This document shows, piece after piece, positions 1 through 12,367 of a stretch of 64,000 nt of DNA. Within the stretch, counting starts at the first letter, position 1. Every line of letters starts with the position of its first letter. The notes under the pieces are model-generated. The model made no database searches. It was not told the origin of the DNA and saw nothing but the letters and a program-made list of their open reading frames with translations. Source of the stretch: Myxococcota bacterium. GTDB taxonomy: Bacteria > Myxococcota_A > UBA796 > CAJQPC01. The DNA is taken from positions 49,427 to 113,426 of the forward strand of contig JAZAMN010000073.1 of NCBI GenBank assembly GCA_036229005.1. The letters run 5' to 3'. The position numbers were made by a program, and so were the translations under genes.

Positions 1-943
1 TGTGAAGCACGCTGACGCTGGCCAGCGTGTGCTCGACGGGCCTACCGGTCTTGGGGTCGATGGTGTGCGAGAAGCGCTGACCGTCCACCGTGAAGAAGTT
101 CCGGTAGTCCCCGCTGGTCGCCATGGCGGCCTGGGTCATGGGGACCACCTGGAACACGCCGCCCTCCTGGGTGGGGCGCTCCACGGCGATGCGCCAGGGA
201 CTCCCCTCCCCCTGCGACTGGCTGGCGGGCTTGGCCTGCCCGACGCGGATCTCGCCGCCGACCTCGACCATGTAGGACAGGTGTCCGGCCTGCTCCAGGG
301 TCTGGGCGACGCGGTCCACGGCGTAGCCCTTGGCGATGGCCGACAGGTCCACCCGGATGTCGTCCCGGGAGCGGGTCAGGGTCTTGCCGCCAGCGGCGTC
401 CTCCCCGAAGCTGATGGCGCCGAAGTCCACGCGCGCGAGCGCCGACCCGATGTCCTCGTCTGCGGGCAGATCGCTGCGGCTGGGGTCGGGTCCGAAGCCC
501 CAGAGTTGCACCAAGGGACCCACGGTGGGGTCGAAAGCCCCCTCGGACTCCTTGTGGACCTGCTGGGCGGCCGACATGACCTCGAAGAACAGGGGCGAGG
601 CCTCGAACGCCACGTCCACCGGCTGCTCGCCGAAGCGGGAGATCTCGGAGGTGGGCAGGTAGGTGGACATGCTCTGGTTCACCCCCTCCAGCGCCTGGGT
701 GATGGCCTTCTGCAGGCGCTCGTGGGCCTCGGGGTTCAGCTCCCCGGGGATGCGCACGGTCCAGGTCGTGCCCATGGTCTCCCCCCAGAGGGAGGTGAGG
801 GGCTGCTGGGCCTCGGCTTGCTGCGCCCACTGCTCCTTGGCCTCCTGGCCGCGCTGCCACCAGACGACGGTGACCACGCTGAGGAAGACCGCCGGGATCG
901 CCATTCTCTTGAGGATGGCCTTGAGCTCGGGGGACATGGACAT
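1..943 (-). CDS. apbE: FAD:protein FMN transferase ApbE (3' end runs off the window)
   Basis: Manual translation from ATG at 943 (GGAGG upstream): MSMSPELK...GETMGTTW...MSTYLPTSEISR...GAFDPTVGPLVQLWGFG...VDLSAIAKGYAVD...VEVGGEI...MATSGDYRNF...SHTIDPKTG. These are ApbE motifs, and the gene lies directly downstream of nqrF. This frame is absent from the ORF track. Confidence 0.93.
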   Translation of the reverse strand, partial: MSMSPELKAILKRMAIPAVFLSVVTVVWWQRGQEAKEQWAQQAEAQQPLTSLWGETMGTTWTVRIPGELNPEAHERLQKAITQALEGVNQSMSTYLPTSEISRFGEQPVDVAFEASPLFFEVMSAAQQVHKESEGAFDPTVGPLVQLWGFGPDPSRSDLPADEDIGSALARVDFGAISFGEDAAGGKTLTRSRDDIRVDLSAIAKGYAVDRVAQTLEQAGHLSYMVEVGGEIRVGQAKPASQSQGEGSPWRIAVERPTQEGGVFQVVPMTQAAMATSGDYRNFFTVDGQRFSHTIDPKTGRPVEHTLASVSVLH

Positions 944-1016
944 TCACACCTCCAAAAAGAGAGACCCGCGAAGGGAAATCCCAACGCGGGTCTGTGCAGA
1001 CGAGGACAGGCTGGGC

Positions 1017-2264
1017 CTACCCGCCGAAGTCGTCGAGCATGATGTTCTCGGGCTCGACGCCCAGGTCGATCAGCATGTTGATGACGGCCTGGTTCATCAT
1101 GGGCGGACCACAGAGGTAGTACTCGATCTCTTCCGGAGCGGGGTGCTTGGAGAGGTACTCGTCGTGGGCGACCTGGTGGATGAAGCCGGTGAGGCCCTTC
1201 CAGTTGTCCTCCTCCGTCGCGTCGGACAGAGCGATGAACCACTGGAAGTTGTCGTTCTCCGCCTGGATCTCGTTGAAGTCCTCGACGTAGAAGGCCTCCC
1301 GCCAGGAGCGCGCGCCGTACCAGAAGGTGACCTTGCGGTCGGTGTGGATGCGCTTGAACTGGTCGAAGATGTGGGAGCGCATGGGGGCCATGCCGGCACC
1401 ACCACCCACGAAGCACATCTCGTTGTCGGTCTCGCGGGCGAAGAACTCACCGAAGGGGCCGGAGATGGTGACCTTGTCACCGGGCTTCTGGGCGAAGATG
1501 TACGAGGACATCTGGCCGGGAGGCACCTTCATGAAGCCCTTGGCCTTGCGGTCCCAGGGCGGGGTGGCGATCCGGATGTTGAGCATGATGATGCCCTCCT
1601 CTCCGGGGTAGTTCGCCATCGAGTACGCGCGGGTGACCAGCTCGTCGACGGTGGACACGAGGTCCCACATCTTGAAGTTGTCCCAGTCGCCTCGGTACTG
1701 GTCGTCCACCACCATCTCGCTGTACTTGGCGACGTGGGGCGGAGCCTCGATCTGGATGTAGCCACCGGCCCGGAAGGGCACTGCCTCGCCTTCCGGCAGG
1801 CTGATGACGAACTCCTTGATGAAGGTCGCGACGTTGTCGTTGGACTTGACCGTGCACTCCCACTTGCGCACGGAGAAGACCTCAGGCTCCACCTCGATGC
1901 GCATGTCGGACTTGACCTTGACCTGGCAGCTCAGGCGGCAGCCATGGCGGGCTTCGCCGCGGGAGATGTGGGTCTTCTCGGTGGGCAGCATGGAGCCGCC
2001 GCCCTCGTGCACGTGGACCTTGCAGACACCGCAGGTGCCGCCGCCGCCACAGGCCGAGGGGATGAAGATCTTGTTGTTGGCCAGGGTGTTGAGCAGCGTG
2101 CTGCCCGCCTGGGTGACGATGGGGTTCTCCTCATCGTCGTTGACGATGATCTTGACCTCGGCGGCGGGGACCAGCTTGGCCTTGGCGGCCAGCAGGATGC
2201 CCACGAGGGCCATGAGGATGACCACGAAGGCCAGGATGCCCAGTCCGACTACCATCCAGTTCAT
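1017..2264 (-). CDS. nqrF: Na+-translocating NADH:quinone reductase subunit F
   Basis: N-terminal TM helix, 2Fe-2S motif [44 protein letters not shown]-terminal DDFGG. Confidence 0.98.
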   Translation of the reverse strand: MNWMVVGLGILAFVVILMALVGILLAAKAKLVPAAEVKIIVNDDEENPIVTQAGSTLLNTLANNKIFIPSACGGGGTCGVCKVHVHEGGGSMLPTEKTHISRGEARHGCRLSCQVKVKSDMRIEVEPEVFSVRKWECTVKSNDNVATFIKEFVISLPEGEAVPFRAGGYIQIEAPPHVAKYSEMVVDDQYRGDWDNFKMWDLVSTVDELVTRAYSMANYPGEEGIIMLNIRIATPPWDRKAKGFMKVPPGQMSSYIFAQKPGDKVTISGPFGEFFARETDNEMCFVGGGAGMAPMRSHIFDQFKRIHTDRKVTFWYGARSWREAFYVEDFNEIQAENDNFQWFIALSDATEEDNWKGLTGFIHQVAHDEYLSKHPAPEEIEYYLCGPPMMNQAVINMLIDLGVEPENIMLDDFGG

Positions 2265-2274
2265 TTGAGGACCC

Positions 2275-2892
2275 CTAGAGCTGGATACCGGCGAAGGCCA
2301 TGAAACCGATGGCCATCAATCCGGTGAGGACGAAGGTGATGCCCAGGCCGCGGAGGGCCGGGGGCACGTTGGAGTAGCGCATGCGCTCGCGAATCGCGGC
2401 CAGGGCGACGACCGCCATGGCCCAACCCAGGCCCGAGCCGACGCCGTAGACGACGGACTCGCCGAAGTTGTAGTCCCGCTCGACCATGAAGAGGCTGGCG
2501 CCGAGGATGGCGCAGTTCACGGCGATGAGGGGGAGGAACACGCCCAGGGCGTTGTAGAGGGCCGGCGAGTAGCGGTCCAGGGCCATCTCGACGATCTGGA
2601 CCATGGCGGCGATGGTACCGATGAAGACCAGGAAGTTGAGGAAGCTCAGGTCCACCGAGGCCAGGTCCGGAGAGATCCAGGCCAGCGCGCCCTCCCGCAG
2701 GAGGAAGTGGTGGATGGCCTGGTTGGCCGGCACCGTGACGGCGAGGACGAACATGACCGCGCCACCGAGACCGATGGCGGTCTCGACCTTCTTGGACACC
2801 GCCAGGAAGGAGCACATGCCCAGGAAGAAGGCCAGCGCCATGTTCTCGACGAACGCGGCCTTGGCGAAGAGGGAAAGGAGGCTCTCGAGCAT
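2275..2892 (-). CDS. nqrE: Na+-NQR subunit E
   Basis: [34 protein letters not shown]; operon position. Confidence 0.97.
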   Translation of the reverse strand: MLESLLSLFAKAAFVENMALAFFLGMCSFLAVSKKVETAIGLGGAVMFVLAVTVPANQAIHHFLLREGALAWISPDLASVDLSFLNFLVFIGTIAAMVQIVEMALDRYSPALYNALGVFLPLIAVNCAILGASLFMVERDYNFGESVVYGVGSGLGWAMAVVALAAIRERMRYSNVPPALRGLGITFVLTGLMAIGFMAFAGIQL

Positions 2893-2894
2893 GA

Positions 2895-3542
2895 TCAGCC
2901 CTCCGTCTCGATCTGGTCAGGCTTCCAGGTGCGCAGCGCCCAGATGAAGAAGCCGATGAGGAAGAAGGCGCCGGGAGCCAGCACCATCAGACCGTTGGGG
3001 TTGTACCAACCGCCCTCGGTGATGGGGTTGAGCAGCGTGACGCCGAAGAGCTTGCCCGTGCCGAGGAGCTCGCGGAAGAAGGCCACGACCAGCAGCACCA
3101 GGCTGTAGCCCAGGCCGTTGCCGATGCCGTCCAGAGCGCTCATGCCCGGGCCGTTCTGCATGGCGTAGGCCTCAGCGCGGCCCATGACGATGCAGTTGGT
3201 GATGATGAGACCGACGAACACCGAGAGCTGCTTGCTGACCTCGAAGACGTAGGCCTTGAGGACCTGGTCGGTGATGATGACCAGGGAAGCGATGACGGTG
3301 AGCTGGACCACGATGCGGATGCTGGGCGGGATGTAGTTGCGCAGCAGGGAGATGAGCACGTTGGACAGCGTGAGCACGACCGTGAGGGCGATGCTCATGA
3401 CCAGCGCGGTCTCCAGCTTGGTGGTCACCGCCAGCGCCGAGCAGATGCCGAGGACCTGCAGGGCGATGGGGTTGTTGTTGAACAGGGGGTCGATCAGCGC
3501 CTCGCGCTGCTGCTTCCCGAAGATGCCGTGTTGTGCACTCAT
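2895..3542 (-). CDS. nqrD: Na+-NQR subunit D
   Basis: [37 protein letters not shown]; start taken at ATG 3542 (MSAQHG). Confidence 0.97.
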   Translation of the reverse strand: MSAQHGIFGKQQREALIDPLFNNNPIALQVLGICSALAVTTKLETALVMSIALTVVLTLSNVLISLLRNYIPPSIRIVVQLTVIASLVIITDQVLKAYVFEVSKQLSVFVGLIITNCIVMGRAEAYAMQNGPGMSALDGIGNGLGYSLVLLVVAFFRELLGTGKLFGVTLLNPITEGGWYNPNGLMVLAPGAFFLIGFFIWALRTWKPDQIETEG

Positions 3543-3546
3543 GGGG

Positions 3547-4347
3547 TCACCTCTGCTCCGCGAGGAGGGGTCCGTAGGCGGCCTCACCCATCCAGAAGTG
3601 GATGCCCTTGGTCACGCCGTTGCTGGTCAGGGTGGCGCCGGAGAGGCCGTCCACGTTGTAGGGGTCCTCTGCGGGGGTGCCCGCCTGTCCCTTCTTGACG
3701 CCCAGCGCGACGCTGCCGCCGTCGAAGATCTTGCGGCCGGGCCAGAGCCCACGCCAGCGGGAGTTGTCGACCTCGCCACCCAGGCCCGGAGTCTCTCCGT
3801 GCTCGTAGAAGATGAGGCCCTTGACGGTGTTGCCGTCCGCCGCGTCCACAGCCATGAAACCGTAGAGGGTGGACCACAGCCCGGGGGCGGTGATCGGGAG
3901 GATGAGGCGCTCGCCGTCATCGGTCTTGATGCGGTAGACCTTGGCGCAGTTGGGCAGGCGGGTGACCTTCGCGTCGTTGGCCTCGACCTCGAAGCTCATG
4001 GAGGGCTCCTTGGTCGCCTTCTTCTGGTCGTAGCTGACCAGGTCCAGGCTCTCGCAGTCGCCCTGGGCTCCGGGGAGCTTGACGAACTCGGGGCTCACGG
4101 AGCCGTCGGAGAAGAAGCCCTGCACCGCGGAGGCCTCCAGCGCGCCGACCTCGTCGTCGTTGGAGCCGGAGTCGTTGGCGTCCTGGATCAGACCGGAGAC
4201 GGTGAGCACCTTCTTCTGCTGGTCCAGGATCTTGTTGGCGTCCTGCTTGTCCTTGAGGGCGACAGCCGCGCCGGACACGAAGACGGAAGCGACCAGGCAG
4301 ACCGCGCCGGCGAAGCCGACGATGTAGCCAGTGGAATCAAGCTGCAT
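3547..4347 (-). CDS. nqrC: Na+-NQR subunit C
   Basis: [23 protein letters not shown]-attachment motif [11 protein letters not shown]. Confidence 0.96.
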   Translation of the reverse strand: MQLDSTGYIVGFAGAVCLVASVFVSGAAVALKDKQDANKILDQQKKVLTVSGLIQDANDSGSNDDEVGALEASAVQGFFSDGSVSPEFVKLPGAQGDCESLDLVSYDQKKATKEPSMSFEVEANDAKVTRLPNCAKVYRIKTDDGERLILPITAPGLWSTLYGFMAVDAADGNTVKGLIFYEHGETPGLGGEVDNSRWRGLWPGRKIFDGGSVALGVKKGQAGTPAEDPYNVDGLSGATLTSNGVTKGIHFWMGEAAYGPLLAEQR

Positions 4348-5614
4348 GGCGAGCGGCCCTCCGCTTGATGTTCGCCTGCACCATGAAGTGATCGATGAGC
4401 GGGGCGAAGAGGTTCATGAAGAGAATCGCGAGCATCATCCCCTCGGGGTAGGCCGGGTTCACGACCCGGACCAGGACCACGAGGATGCCGATGAAGGCAC
4501 CGTAGATGAGCTTGCCCTTGGAGGTGAAGGCGCTGGTGACGGGGTCGGTGGCCATGAAGACCATGCCGAAGGCCCAGCCGCCCAGGACCATGTGCCACCA
4601 GAAGGGCATCGCGAACATCGCGTTGCTGTCGGAGCCGATGGCGTTGAGACCGAGCGCGGTGAGCGCGGTTCCGACGACCACACCGAGCATGGTCTCCCAG
4701 GCGCCGATTCGGGTGGCGATGAGCACGCCCGCGCCCAGCAGACAGGCCAGCGCGCTGGTCTCGCCCATGGAGCCGGGGATCATGCCCAGGAAGGCGTCCA
4801 TCCAGGACAGGGTCATTCCCGCGCCCTCGCCCATCACCGCGTTGTCGATGCCGTTGTAGGCCACGGTGGCGGGGTCGGCGGCGGCGGCCTTTCCGAGCCA
4901 GGTGGCGCCGGAGTAGCCGTCAGCGCCCACGGCCTGCCAGACCTTGTCGCCCGAGATCTGCGCCGGGTAGGCGAAGAAGAGGAAGGCGCGGCCGGTCAGG
5001 GCGACGTTGAGCACGTTCATGCCCGTGCCGCCGAACATCTCCTTGCCGACGACCACGCCGAACATGATGCCGAGCGCGACCTGCCAGAGGGGGATGGTGG
5101 GGGGCAGGATCAGGGGGAAGAGCATCCCGGAGACCAGGAAGCCCTCGTTCACCTCGTGCTTGCGCACGACGGAGAAGGCGACCTCGGCCACACCGCCGGC
5201 GGCCTGGGTGACCAGGAAGATCGGCACGAAGTAGATGAGGCCGAGCACGAAGCAGGCGACCACTGAGGCGCTGAGGTCCCCCGCAGTGGCCAGGGAGACG
5301 TCCCCGAAGAGGGCCTGGAAGATGGCCATCTGGAAGTCGTCGCGGACCGGAGCGCCCTCGGAGATGGCGCTGAGGGCCTGGAACCCGGTGTTCCACTGCG
5401 CCATGAGGATGACGGGCTGGAGGGCCAGCACCACCGTGATCATCATGCGCTTGAGGTCGAGGGCGTCACGGATGTGGGCACCCTTCTTCGTCACCGTACC
5501 CGGCGTGAAGAGGATGGTGTCCGGCATCTCGTAGACCGGATGGAGCTTGTGGAACTTCCCACCTTCTTCGAAGTGGGGCGCCACCTTGTCCAGGGCGTTG
5601 CGAAGGAACTGCAT
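4337..5614 (-). CDS. nqrB: Na+-NQR subunit B
   Basis: HIRDALDLKRMM, VNEGFLV, KEMFGGTGMN, DGYSGAT (FMN site), PGSMGETS, FMATDPV, NPAYPEGMMLAILF. Confidence 0.97.
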   Translation of the reverse strand: MQFLRNALDKVAPHFEEGGKFHKLHPVYEMPDTILFTPGTVTKKGAHIRDALDLKRMMITVVLALQPVILMAQWNTGFQALSAISEGAPVRDDFQMAIFQALFGDVSLATAGDLSASVVACFVLGLIYFVPIFLVTQAAGGVAEVAFSVVRKHEVNEGFLVSGMLFPLILPPTIPLWQVALGIMFGVVVGKEMFGGTGMNVLNVALTGRAFLFFAYPAQISGDKVWQAVGADGYSGATWLGKAAAADPATVAYNGIDNAVMGEGAGMTLSWMDAFLGMIPGSMGETSALACLLGAGVLIATRIGAWETMLGVVVGTALTALGLNAIGSDSNAMFAMPFWWHMVLGGWAFGMVFMATDPVTSAFTSKGKLIYGAFIGILVVLVRVVNPAYPEGMMLAILFMNLFAPLIDHFMVQANIKRRAARHAA

Positions 5615-6984
5615 CAGCCTTCCGCCTCCAGGGTGTTCAGGTTCTCGCGAAGGATGGGCCCGTAGTTGTACTTGCCGGAGCAGACGACCGTGCAGAGCGC
5701 CAGGTCCTCTTCGTCCAGCTCCAGGCAGCCCAGGGCCTCGGCCTTCTCCAGGTCACCGGAGATGAGGCTGCGGAGCAGGAAGGTGGGCATGATGTCCAGG
5801 GGCATCACGCGCTCGAAGGAGCCCACGGGCACCATGGCCCGCTCGGACCCGTTGGTGCTGGTGGTCAGATCGAACTTCTTGCTGAGGCCGAAGAGCTTGC
5901 TCAGGAAGGCCGGCATGGTGCTGAACTTGTTCAGCCCGGGGTTCAGCCAGCCCAGGAACTCGCGCTCGCGGCCCTCGGCCAGCACGCTCACCTGCTGGTG
6001 GTAGCGGCCGAGGTAGCCGAGCACGTCGCCGGAGGCGACGTCGCCCTTGAGGACGGAGCCGGAGATGACCCGGACCTCGCCCTCCCCCAGCTTGCCGTCG
6101 ACCAGGGTGTCGATGCTCGCGCCCATGCGGGTGCGGTAGAGCTGGGGTGCCGTGACCTTGGGGCCAGCCAGGGAGACGATCCGCTCCACGTTCAGCTTGC
6201 CGGTGCGGAAGAGCGCGCCCCAGAAGGCCACGTCCGCCACGCTCAGGTGCCAGACCTGCTTGCCGCGGGCGACGGGCTGCAGGAAGTGGATGTGGGTGCC
6301 GACCAGGCCGGCGGGGTGCGGACCGGAGAACTCGTGGACGTCGACGCCCGAGGCCTTGAAGTCCGCGCCGGGGCGCTGGCAGAAGTAGACCTTGGGGGCC
6401 AGCTTCTTGACGACCTCGAGGCCGGCGGCGATGTCCTCTTCGCGGCCCTTGAGGGCGACGGCGGGATCGGCGGCCAGGGGGTTGGTGTCCATGGCGTTCA
6501 CGAAGATCGCCAGGGGCTCCGCGTTCAGCTCGGGGACCCGCGAGTAGGGCCGGGAGCGGAGGGCCGTCCAGGCGCCGGACTCGACCAGCAGGGCCTTGAT
6601 CTGGGCCACGTCGAGCTCGCTGGCGGACTTGCCGGTGTAGGCCGCGAAGGCCTTGAAGTCCTCGGCGACGGGCTCTCCGGCGCGCTCGCTCTCGGTCAGC
6701 TCGATGACGACCGACTGCAGGGCGCGCTTGTCGCCGCGGTTGACCGCCACGATCTTGCCGGCGCCGGGCGCGGTGTGAAGAACACCCTCGCGCTTGCGGT
6801 CCTCAAAGAGGGCCGTTCCGCGCTGGACGGTGTCGCCAACGATGACCTTCATGCGCGGGCGCATGCCGACGAAGTCGGCGGCCATGACGGCGACGTGGGT
6901 CACCGCGGGGGCCTCGGCCACTTCCTGCTTGGGCTCTCCCGTGATGGGGATGTCCAAGCCCTTCTTGATGGTGTGCAAAGCCAT
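5614..6984 (-). CDS. nqrA: Na+-NQR subunit A
   Basis: Start at ATG 6984 ([18 protein letters not shown]); [38 protein letters not shown]. Confidence 0.96.
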   Translation of the reverse strand: MALHTIKKGLDIPITGEPKQEVAEAPAVTHVAVMAADFVGMRPRMKVIVGDTVQRGTALFEDRKREGVLHTAPGAGKIVAVNRGDKRALQSVVIELTESERAGEPVAEDFKAFAAYTGKSASELDVAQIKALLVESGAWTALRSRPYSRVPELNAEPLAIFVNAMDTNPLAADPAVALKGREEDIAAGLEVVKKLAPKVYFCQRPGADFKASGVDVHEFSGPHPAGLVGTHIHFLQPVARGKQVWHLSVADVAFWGALFRTGKLNVERIVSLAGPKVTAPQLYRTRMGASIDTLVDGKLGEGEVRVISGSVLKGDVASGDVLGYLGRYHQQVSVLAEGREREFLGWLNPGLNKFSTMPAFLSKLFGLSKKFDLTTSTNGSERAMVPVGSFERVMPLDIMPTFLLRSLISGDLEKAEALGCLELDEEDLALCTVVCSGKYNYGPILRENLNTLEAEG

Positions 6985-7081
6985 ATGCAGCAGCACTCCG
7001 GGTCTGCGTTCTTGATGAGGGGGGCAGCTTGGCGCGTGCCTATCCCACGGGGGCAGCGCGGGCCACAGCCCCGTTCCAGGG

Positions 7082-7822
7082 TCAGCGGGGCCCACCGAAG
7101 GCGCGGGTGGACCGAGCCAGTGTCTCAACCTCGTTTCGATACAGTTCACCGCCCAGGCGCCCGCCCGGGTTGATCAGCAGAGAGCCCACCTTCAGGTCCA
7201 TCAAAGCGGGAAACAACTCCCGCCCGCGCCAGACCCGATAGTTCCCCACCCTGGGCTCCTTGAGGCGCAAGGAAAGCAGGTCGGTAAAGGCGGCGTAGAC
7301 CGGCCAGCCCTGCAAGGTCTCCACGACCAGCGGCGCCCCCTGATCGTCCAGCCTCAGCAGCAGCCGGGCCGAGAGCATCTCCCGGTACATGGCGCGCCGG
7401 AGCTCGGGCGCGCGGCTCTTGGCCAGGCCTCGGATGGCGTCGAGCAGGGCCGGGTTCTCGGTGTCCTCGCTGGGGCCCTGGTGCTGGTGGAGTTGGAGTG
7501 CGCCCTCCAGGCCCAGAAGGTGCAGTACGCGCGCCGCGCGCGCCGCGATGGCTTCGATCTCCTCGACCCCATCGACCCGCTGGAGGGTCTTGAAGGGGCT
7601 GACCTGGGTGAAGCCCTCGGCGCGCACGCCCTGGACCGCCTCCAGCCCGAACTTGCGGCCCTTGGGCAGGTAGTGGCTGGAGATGGGCTCGGTGCGGATC
7701 CGTGCCCCCTCCCGGTGGAAGATCAGCCAGAGGGGAGGGGCCTCGACCACCAGCCGGCCGCCGGGCCCACCGCTGTCGACCATGGCCCTCAAGGCTTCGT
7801 TCAGGACTGTCTCAGTGCTCAC
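7082..7822 (-). CDS. SseB-family domain protein
   Basis: C-terminal half ENPALLDAI...AAFTD...LLINPGG...ELYRNEV resembles the SseB N-domain; GTG start at 7822 with CAGGAG upstream. Confidence 0.6.
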   Translation of the reverse strand: MSTETVLNEALRAMVDSGGPGGRLVVEAPPLWLIFHREGARIRTEPISSHYLPKGRKFGLEAVQGVRAEGFTQVSPFKTLQRVDGVEEIEAIAARAARVLHLLGLEGALQLHQHQGPSEDTENPALLDAIRGLAKSRAPELRRAMYREMLSARLLLRLDDQGAPLVVETLQGWPVYAAFTDLLSLRLKEPRVGNYRVWRGRELFPALMDLKVGSLLINPGGRLGGELYRNEVETLARSTRAFGGPR

Positions 7823-7924
7823 GAGGTGCTCCTGGTACCGACCCAAGCCCTATCGCACATCCCTTCGCAAGACTGTCTCTCGGATGGGACAAGCCAATCC
7901 CCCTCCGACTCGATAGCGACGCCC

Positions 7925-9702
<1,778 letters not shown>

Positions 9703-9706
<4 letters not shown>

Positions 9707-10311
9707 AGGTCCTGGGGCTGGATGAGGCGGGCCGCGGCTGCGTGCTGGGGCCCCTGGTGGTCGGCGCCTTCTGCGTGGAGGAGGCGGGCATCCAGGCCCT
9801 CAAGGACGCCGGCGCGACCGACTCCAAGAAGCTGAGCGCCAAGAAGCGGGAGTCGCTGATCGAGCCCCTGGGGCTGCTGGGCGAGCACCGGCTGATCGAC
9901 GTGAGCGCCCGTGAGATCGACGGCGGGAACATCAACGACCTGGAGCTGACCGCCTTCGTCGATCACATCCAGCACTTCCGGCCGGACCGCGTGATCATCG
10001 ACGCGCCGGTGCACCCCAAGGGCATCCCCAACTTTGTCGCCAAGCTGCTGGCCGCCCTGGACTACGAGCCTGAGCTGGTGGTCGAGCCCAAGGCCGACCT
10101 GAACTACCCCCCCTGCGGCGCCGCGAGCATCTTCGCCAAGGTGCACCGGGACGCGCAGATCACCCCCCTGGGCGCCGGCTCGGGCTACCCCTCGGATCCC
10201 AAGACGCGCGCCTGGATCCAGGGCTTCTTCCAGCGCGACGAGCCCCTGCCTGACTGCGTGCGCACGCGCTGGGATACGGTCCGGAAGCTGCGACAGCTCC
10301 CCCTGCTCTGA
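9703..10311 (+). CDS. rnhB: Ribonuclease HII (archaeal/eukaryal-type motifs)
   Basis: GLDEAGRG, DSKKLS, IIDA, KAD, AASIFAKVHRD, GSGYPSDPKT, VRTRW. Confidence 0.93.
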
Positions 10312-10320
10312 GGGTCCCCG

Positions 10321-11004
10321 ATGCTCTCCCTGGTCCTGCCCCTCTACAACGAGGCGGCCTGCGTGGACGCCACGGTCCGCGATCTGCTGGAGGCCCTCAA
10401 GGGGGTCGGGCTGGAGCTGGTGCTGGTCAACAACGGCAGCCAGGACGACACCGGCCGCCGCATCAACCAGCTCGCGGTGGACAACAAGAAGGTCAAGGCC
10501 TTCCACCTGCAGGACAACGCCGGCTACGGCGGCGGGATCCGCTTTGGCCTTCGGATGGCCAGCGGCGACATCCTGGGCTGGGCCTGGGGGGATGGTCAGA
10601 TCGCCCCGGAGCACGTCCGGGCCTGCCTGAATCTGGTGCGCCGCGAGGGCGCGGACATCGCCAAGGTGCGCCGTGTGGAGCGCCAGGATGGCCGGGATCG
10701 GGCCCTGGTGAGCGCGGTCTACTCGCAGGTGATGCGCCGGGGCTTCGGGCTCCAGACCACCGACGTGAACGGCTGTCCCAAGCTGATGCGCCGCGCGACC
10801 TACGAGCGCCTGGACCTGCGCTCGGACGACTGGTTCCTGGACCCCGAGCTGATGCTCAAGGCCGCCGAGCTGGGTCTTGACGTGCGCGAGGTGGACGCCA
10901 CGATGCTCCCCCGCCCGGGCGGCTCATCCAAGGTCAACTGGCGCACGGTCGTGGAGTTCAACCAGCGCCTCTTGGCCTGGAAGCGGGGCTGGCGGCCGGA
11001 GTGA
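10321..11004 (+). CDS. Glycosyltransferase family 2 (polyprenol-phosphate glycosyltransferase-like)
   Basis: LSLVLPLYNE, LVNNGSQDDT, NAGYGGGI, GDGQ, DVNG.PKL, WFLDPELM. Confidence 0.88.
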   Translation: MLSLVLPLYNEAACVDATVRDLLEALKGVGLELVLVNNGSQDDTGRRINQLAVDNKKVKAFHLQDNAGYGGGIRFGLRMASGDILGWAWGDGQIAPEHVRACLNLVRREGADIAKVRRVERQDGRDRALVSAVYSQVMRRGFGLQTTDVNGCPKLMRRATYERLDLRSDDWFLDPELMLKAAELGLDVREVDATMLPRPGGSSKVNWRTVVEFNQRLLAWKRGWRPE

Positions 11005-11020
11005 GCCCTGGGACGCCCCC

Positions 11021-12367
11021 TCAGGCCAGCAGCTCCGAGATCACGCCCCCCTCCAGGTCGGGGTGGCCGAAGTCTTCGACCCACTCCTCGCCCTTGACGC
11101 CCATGGCCGTGGCCAGGGTGTTGAAGAGGCGGTTGTGGGTGATGCCCCCCAGGTCCAGGTGCTGGCCCACGGCCAGGCGGCCGCCCGCGGAGCCTGCCAG
11201 GATGAAGGGCACGTTGTTGTAGGTGTGCGAGGGCCCGGCGCCCAGGTCGTTGCACCAGACCGCGCAGCCCTGGTCCAGCACGCCGTGCTCGTTGAGGCGG
11301 TCCAGCAGGTGCAGGAAGGTCTGGGCGAAGAGCCGGTCGATGGCCTTGTGCATCTCGTAGGCGCCCTCGATGGCCTCGCCGTCAGACCCGTCCGAGTAGA
11401 TGCGGTGACTGACCCAGTGGAAGGACGGTAGGCGCTGCCCGTTGACCGTGTACTCGGTGCTGTCGTTCCCATCCCCGATCTGCAGGGTGCCCGAGCGCAC
11501 GAAGCCACACGAGGCCGCCAGCGCCATCAGGTCCATCTGCCAGCGCGCGTAGTTCAAGCGCTCGTCGTCCAGGCGGGAGAGGCCCACGCCGTCGCGCATG
11601 GCGTCCTCCTGCTCCTGGCTCAGGCGGCAGGAGAGGCGCTCGAAGTCGCGGATGCTCTCGCGGTGCAGGTCCAGGCGGGCGACGTCCGAGCTGGAGAGCC
11701 CGGGGTGGGCCATCAGGGCGTCGAGCTGCGCGGCGAGCACGTCGTTGGCGCTCTGGCGCTGCAGGTCCAGCACCTCGAGGCTCACCCCGTCGGTGAGGCC
11801 CAGCATGCGCTGGTAGGCGGTCCAGGGGTCGTCCTCGGCGGCCCGCAGATCCTTCTCCCCGCGGTAGGACAGGACCTCCTCCAGGTAGCCGTTGCGGGGC
11901 CCGGTGTAGAGGGTCAGCGGCTCCCCGCCGTTCTCGTCGAAGTGCCGGGCGACGTAGCTGTCGATGGACTCGCCCATGGCCAGGCTCCCGGCCCCGCTGG
12001 GGTCATCGGAGACCTCGTGCGCGGTGAGCACCTGGTTGCCGCCCCCGGAGTGGCCGCAGCCGTTGCTGGAGAAGGCGAACTTGAGGCCCTTCACCGCGGC
12101 GATGGACGACCCGTAGGGCGCGAGCTCCGAGAGCACCCGGTCGCTGTCGGCCTCCAGGATCTCGCGGGAGAGCTCGCCCTCGGCGCTGGGCCAGAAGCCC
12201 TCGGCCTCGCCGTTGTCGGCCTGGCTCACGCCGTTGCCCTGGCGCACAAAGAAGAGGAAGGGGTCGCCCTCGGCGGCCCGGGCCTCACCGTGGATGGACT
12301 CCAGAAAGGGCAGGCCCAGGGTGAGTCCGGCGGTCCCGGTCAGGAAGATTCGGCGGGAGGTCTTCAT
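11021..12367 (-). CDS. DUF1552-type exported protein (Tat-like signal)
   Basis: SRRIFL...LPFLES N-terminus, SIDSYVA, LDLHRESIRDFE, SHTYNNVPFILAG; paired with the DUF1592-type gene. Confidence 0.75.
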   Translation of the reverse strand: MKTSRRIFLTGTAGLTLGLPFLESIHGEARAAEGDPFLFFVRQGNGVSQADNGEAEGFWPSAEGELSREILEADSDRVLSELAPYGSSIAAVKGLKFAFSSNGCGHSGGGNQVLTAHEVSDDPSGAGSLAMGESIDSYVARHFDENGGEPLTLYTGPRNGYLEEVLSYRGEKDLRAAEDDPWTAYQRMLGLTDGVSLEVLDLQRQSANDVLAAQLDALMAHPGLSSSDVARLDLHRESIRDFERLSCRLSQEQEDAMRDGVGLSRLDDERLNYARWQMDLMALAASCGFVRSGTLQIGDGNDSTEYTVNGQRLPSFHWVSHRIYSDGSDGEAIEGAYEMHKAIDRLFAQTFLHLLDRLNEHGVLDQGCAVWCNDLGAGPSHTYNNVPFILAGSAGGRLAVGQHLDLGGITHNRLFNTLATAMGVKGEEWVEDFGHPDLEGGVISELLA

